A DNA stretch of 64,000 bases from Macrostomum lignano. Its lineage: Eukaryota. Both the position numbers and the translations under genes were made by a program. Shown here in pieces: positions 60,718 to 64,000 of the stretch. The notes under the pieces are model-generated. The model saw only the letters and a list, made by a program, of their open reading frames with translations, searched no databases and was not told the DNA's origin. The DNA lies in the NCBI GenBank assembly GCA_002269645.1, contig NIVC01001267.1:124001-188000 (forward strand), written 5' to 3'. Within the stretch, counting starts at the first letter, position 1. Each line of letters starts with the position of its first letter.

Positions 60718-61935
60718 TCTCCCTGTCTCCCTGTGTCTGCCTGTCTTCCCTATTGTCTCCCTGTGTCTGCCTGCTGTCTCCCTGTGTCTGCCTGCTGTCT
60801 CCCTGTGTCTCCCTGTTGTCCCCCTGTGTCTGCCTGTTGTCTCCCTGTGTCTGCCTGCTGTCTCCCTGTGTCTCCCTGTTGTCTCCCTGTGTCTCCCTGT
60901 TGTCTCCCTGTGTCTCCCTGTTGTCCCCCTGTGTCTGCCTGTTGTCTCCCTGTGTCTCCCTGTTGTCCCCCTGTGTCTGCCTGTTGTCTCCCTGTGTCTG
61001 TCTGCTGTCTCCCTGTGTCTCCCTGTTGTCTCCCTGTGTCTCCCTGTTGTCTCCCTGTGTCTCCCTGTTGTCCCCCTGTGTCTGCCTGTTGTCTCCCTGT
61101 GTCTGCCTGCTGTCTCCCTGTGTCTGCCTGTTGTCTCCCTGTGTCTGCCTGCTGTCTCCCTGTGTCTGTCTGCTGTCTCCCTGTGTCTGTCTGCTGTCTC
61201 CCTGTGTCTGCCTGCTGTCTGCCTGTTGTCTCCCTGTGTCTGCCTGCTGTCTCCCTGTGTCTGCCTGTTGTCTCCCTGTGTCTGCCTGTTGTCTCCCTGT
61301 GTCTCCCTGTTGTCTCCCTGTGTCTCCCTGTTGTCTCCCTGTGTCTCCCTGTTGTCTCCCTGTGTCTCCCTGTTGTCTCCCTGTGTCTGCCTGCTATCTC
61401 CCTGTGTCTCCCTGTTGTCTCCCTGTGTCTGCCTGTTGTCTCCCTGTGTCTGCCTGCTGTCTGCCTGTGTCTGCCTGTGTCTCCCTGTGTCTCCCTGTGT
61501 CTGCCTGTTGTCTCCCTGTGTCTGCCTGCTGTCTGCCTGTTGTCTCCCTGTGTCTGCCTGTTGTCTCCCTGTGTCTGCCTGTTGTCTCCCTGTGTCTCCC
61601 TGTTGTCTCCCTGTGTCTCCCTGTTGTCTCCCTGTGTCTGCCTGCTGTCTGCCTGTGTCTGCCTGCTGTCTCCCTGTGTCTCCCTGTTGTCTCCCTGTGT
61701 CTGCCTGCTGTCTCCCTGTGTCTGCCTGCTGTCTGCCTGTTGTCTCCCTGTGTCTGCCTGCTGTCTCCCTGTGTCTGCCTGTTGTCTCCCTGTGTCTGCC
61801 TGTTGTCTCCCTGTGTCTGCCTGTTGTCTCCCTGTGTCTGCCTGTTGTCTCCCTGTGTCTGCCTGTTGTCTCCCTGTGTCTGCCTGTTGTCTCCCTGTGT
61901 CTCCATGTTGTCTCCCTGTGTCTGCCTGTTTTCTG
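60718..61935 (+). repeat. Pyrimidine-rich satellite built from TGTCTCCCTG/TGTCTGCCTG units
   Basis: About 1.2 kb with 10/13/23-bp periodicity. Confidence 0.98.
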
Positions 61936-62359
61936 TGTCTCCCTCCTCTCCAGATTCCATGTCTTACAGTTGCCGCCCCAGTCCGGTGCAGGCAAGTGCC
62001 TGAGCAAGTCATTGCTGCCTATGCAGAGGCGTTCCTTCAGGATGTGATCCGCTGTAAACACACATAGTTAACGCCATTATTTGTCATCTGAACCCGGATG
62101 GACCCCTGTCAACAGGACACAGGATTAACATTAAATAACTGTCTGCAGTGGACTACTGAATGATAAAATGTGCATATTCGAAGTGGCCATTAAGAATCGA
62201 GTAACACTCGCAAATAACAAGCCATCGGACATGACTGCCACCTAATTTGAATTCCTTGTCGTGTTAAGAGCTCGATTGCAGCACCCTGAAATTAATGAAT
62301 TGTTTGTTGTAAAAGACAATAAATCTCTGAGTCTCGCTGCCCACAAAGGCACAAGAAGA

Positions 62360-62830
62360 CAGAGGGAGGCACCGGGAGACTAGGGGAGACAACAGGAAGG
62401 CACAGGCAGACACATAGAGGAACAGGGAGACAACAGGGAGACACAGTGAGACACTAGGGAGACAATATGGAGACACAAGGAGACAATAGGGAGACAACAG
62501 GGAGGCACAGGGAGACAACAAGCAGACACAGGCAGACACATGGAGCAACAGGGAGACAACAGGGAGACACAGTGAGACACTAGGGAGACAATATGGAGAC
62601 ACAGGGAGACAATAGGGAGACAACAGGGAGGCACAGGGAGACAACAAGCAGACACAGGCAGACACATGGAGCAACAGGGAGACAATAGGGAGATATAGGG
62701 AGACAATAGGGAGACACAGGGAGACACTAGGGAGACAATAGGGAGATATAGGGAGACAATAGGGAGACACAGGGAGACACTAGGGAGACAATAGGGAGAC
62801 ACAGGGAGACAACATGCAGACACAGGAAGA
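62360..62830 (-). repeat. Related satellite in the opposite orientation (GGGAGACACA/GGAGACAACA)
   Basis: Reverse-complement relative of the 60718-61935 array. Confidence 0.9.
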
Positions 62831-63339
62831 CAACAGCGGCTGACCCTGAAGCTCAGAGCTGTTCTCACAAGAGTTAGTAAGGCACTCTGAATCTATGCAA
62901 GACTCAACAAGCCTCCCTCAACCATAACTTGTCGGCGCTAGCTCGGTCTTTTGAACCGTGAAAACAGAGAGACGATATTCATAAAACCTATACCGGAGAT
63001 CGGGTGTGTGTGTGCGTGTGTGTGTGCTCCGGTGGGGCAGCAGGTACAATGTTTTGAGGGGATTTCGAATCGGGCCGAAGCGAAGGGGAATGAAAAACAC
63101 AGCGGCTGGCTGGCTTGAGTAAGAGTGACGGGGTGAGGGATCGGGAAGAAGGGGGAGTGTGTGGGGAAACGTGATCTTTGCTGAGCGCAACACGAGCCAA
63201 AAACCGGTTGCCGACCCGTTTGAGTGCCACTGCGCGTTCGCTCGGGTGCCTCTTCGCTCTGCCTGTTTCTGAATTTCGCTTTCATCCGTTTTCTCTTGTC
63301 TGACTATGAGGGATAAACTTCATAAGTCTGTTTTTCTGC

Positions 63340-63527
63340 CTGTCTTAGTGTCTGTCTGTCCGTCCTGTCTGTCTGTCCTGCCTGTCTGCCTGTCTGTCCT
63401 GTCCTGTCCTGTGTGTGTGTGTGTCTGTCTGTCTGTCCTGTCCTGTGTGTCTGTCTGTCTGTCTGTCTGTCTGACTGTCTGTCCTGTCCTGTCCTGTCCT
63501 GTCCTGTCTGTCCTGTCCTGTCCTGTG

Positions 63528-63575
<48 letters not shown>

Positions 63576-63598
63576 CTGTCCTGTCCTGTCTGTCTGTC
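63340..63598 (+). repeat. (TGTC)n/(TGTCC)n compound microsatellite
   Basis: Visible directly. Confidence 0.95.
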
Positions 63599-64000
63599 TA
63601 GTTGTTTATCTTAGCGTCATTCATGTTCTCCTCATCGGCATCAATGATATCATCACAAACAGTTAATGAAAAGCTTTCTATCACATGCCATTACAGTCAA
63701 CGATAATTTCAAGTTTTACTTGAGAACTTATAAATTCAAAGCGTCAAAATTTGAGTGTCAAATTCACCTGTGGCGCAGGTGTGCCAGCCCAGCCAGTGGC
63801 CTTCAGATTCGATATCAGAAACTCCGACATTATGGGGGATCTCCTCAGTTCGGGGGGGGGGGGGTTGGTAAGCGGAGAGCACAGGATGCGAAGAAAGGAT
63901 GATGGGGGTAAGAGAGGGAGGGAGCGGGGATTTGGGGGTGTCGGCAAGGTATTGATAAAGAGAAATGAATCGAACCAGTTGCTCACCTGCTCTCCTTCAA

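Noticed and set aside
58308-62868. Multiple 200-450-aa ORFs on both strands
   Set aside because: They are stop-free translations of satellites.
63970-64000. Possible host exon end (GCAG|GTGAG donor on the minus strand) at the window edge
   Set aside because: Only ~15 nt of putative exon are visible, so no gene can be assigned.

Overview
This is AT/GC-mixed eukaryotic (metazoan-like) repeat-rich DNA with GT-AG introns and TTAGGG tracts. A flatworm-like host is my guess only. No intact housekeeping gene is recognisable. The window is a mosaic of satellites and nested, mostly decayed mobile elements: mariner, Tc1/IS630, piggyBac, a P element with 32-bp TIRs and 8-bp TSD, Gypsy, a Jockey/I-like LINE, RTE, Crypton tyrosine recombinases, non-autonomous Helitron-like elements and MITEs. 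The standout is a ~8.2-kb unit (~34.78-43.0 kb) bounded by inverted motif arrays and hairpins. It carries two minus-strand genes whose reading frames stay open after in-frame GT-AG splicing. The first is a 3-exon ~733-aa protein with a CRESS-DNA-virus-Rep-like SF3 helicase whose HUH nuclease residues look lost. The second is a 2-exon ~883-aa C2H2-zinc-finger/tyrosine-recombinase fusion. A divergent pseudogenised paralog of the Rep-like gene, with the same three-exon structure, lies 3 kb away (45.7-47.3 kb). A related zinc-finger remnant sits inside a Helitron-like element at 18.2-18.6 kb. I do not recognise this gene combination from any named eukaryotic transposon or virus family, but novelty cannot be confirmed without searches.
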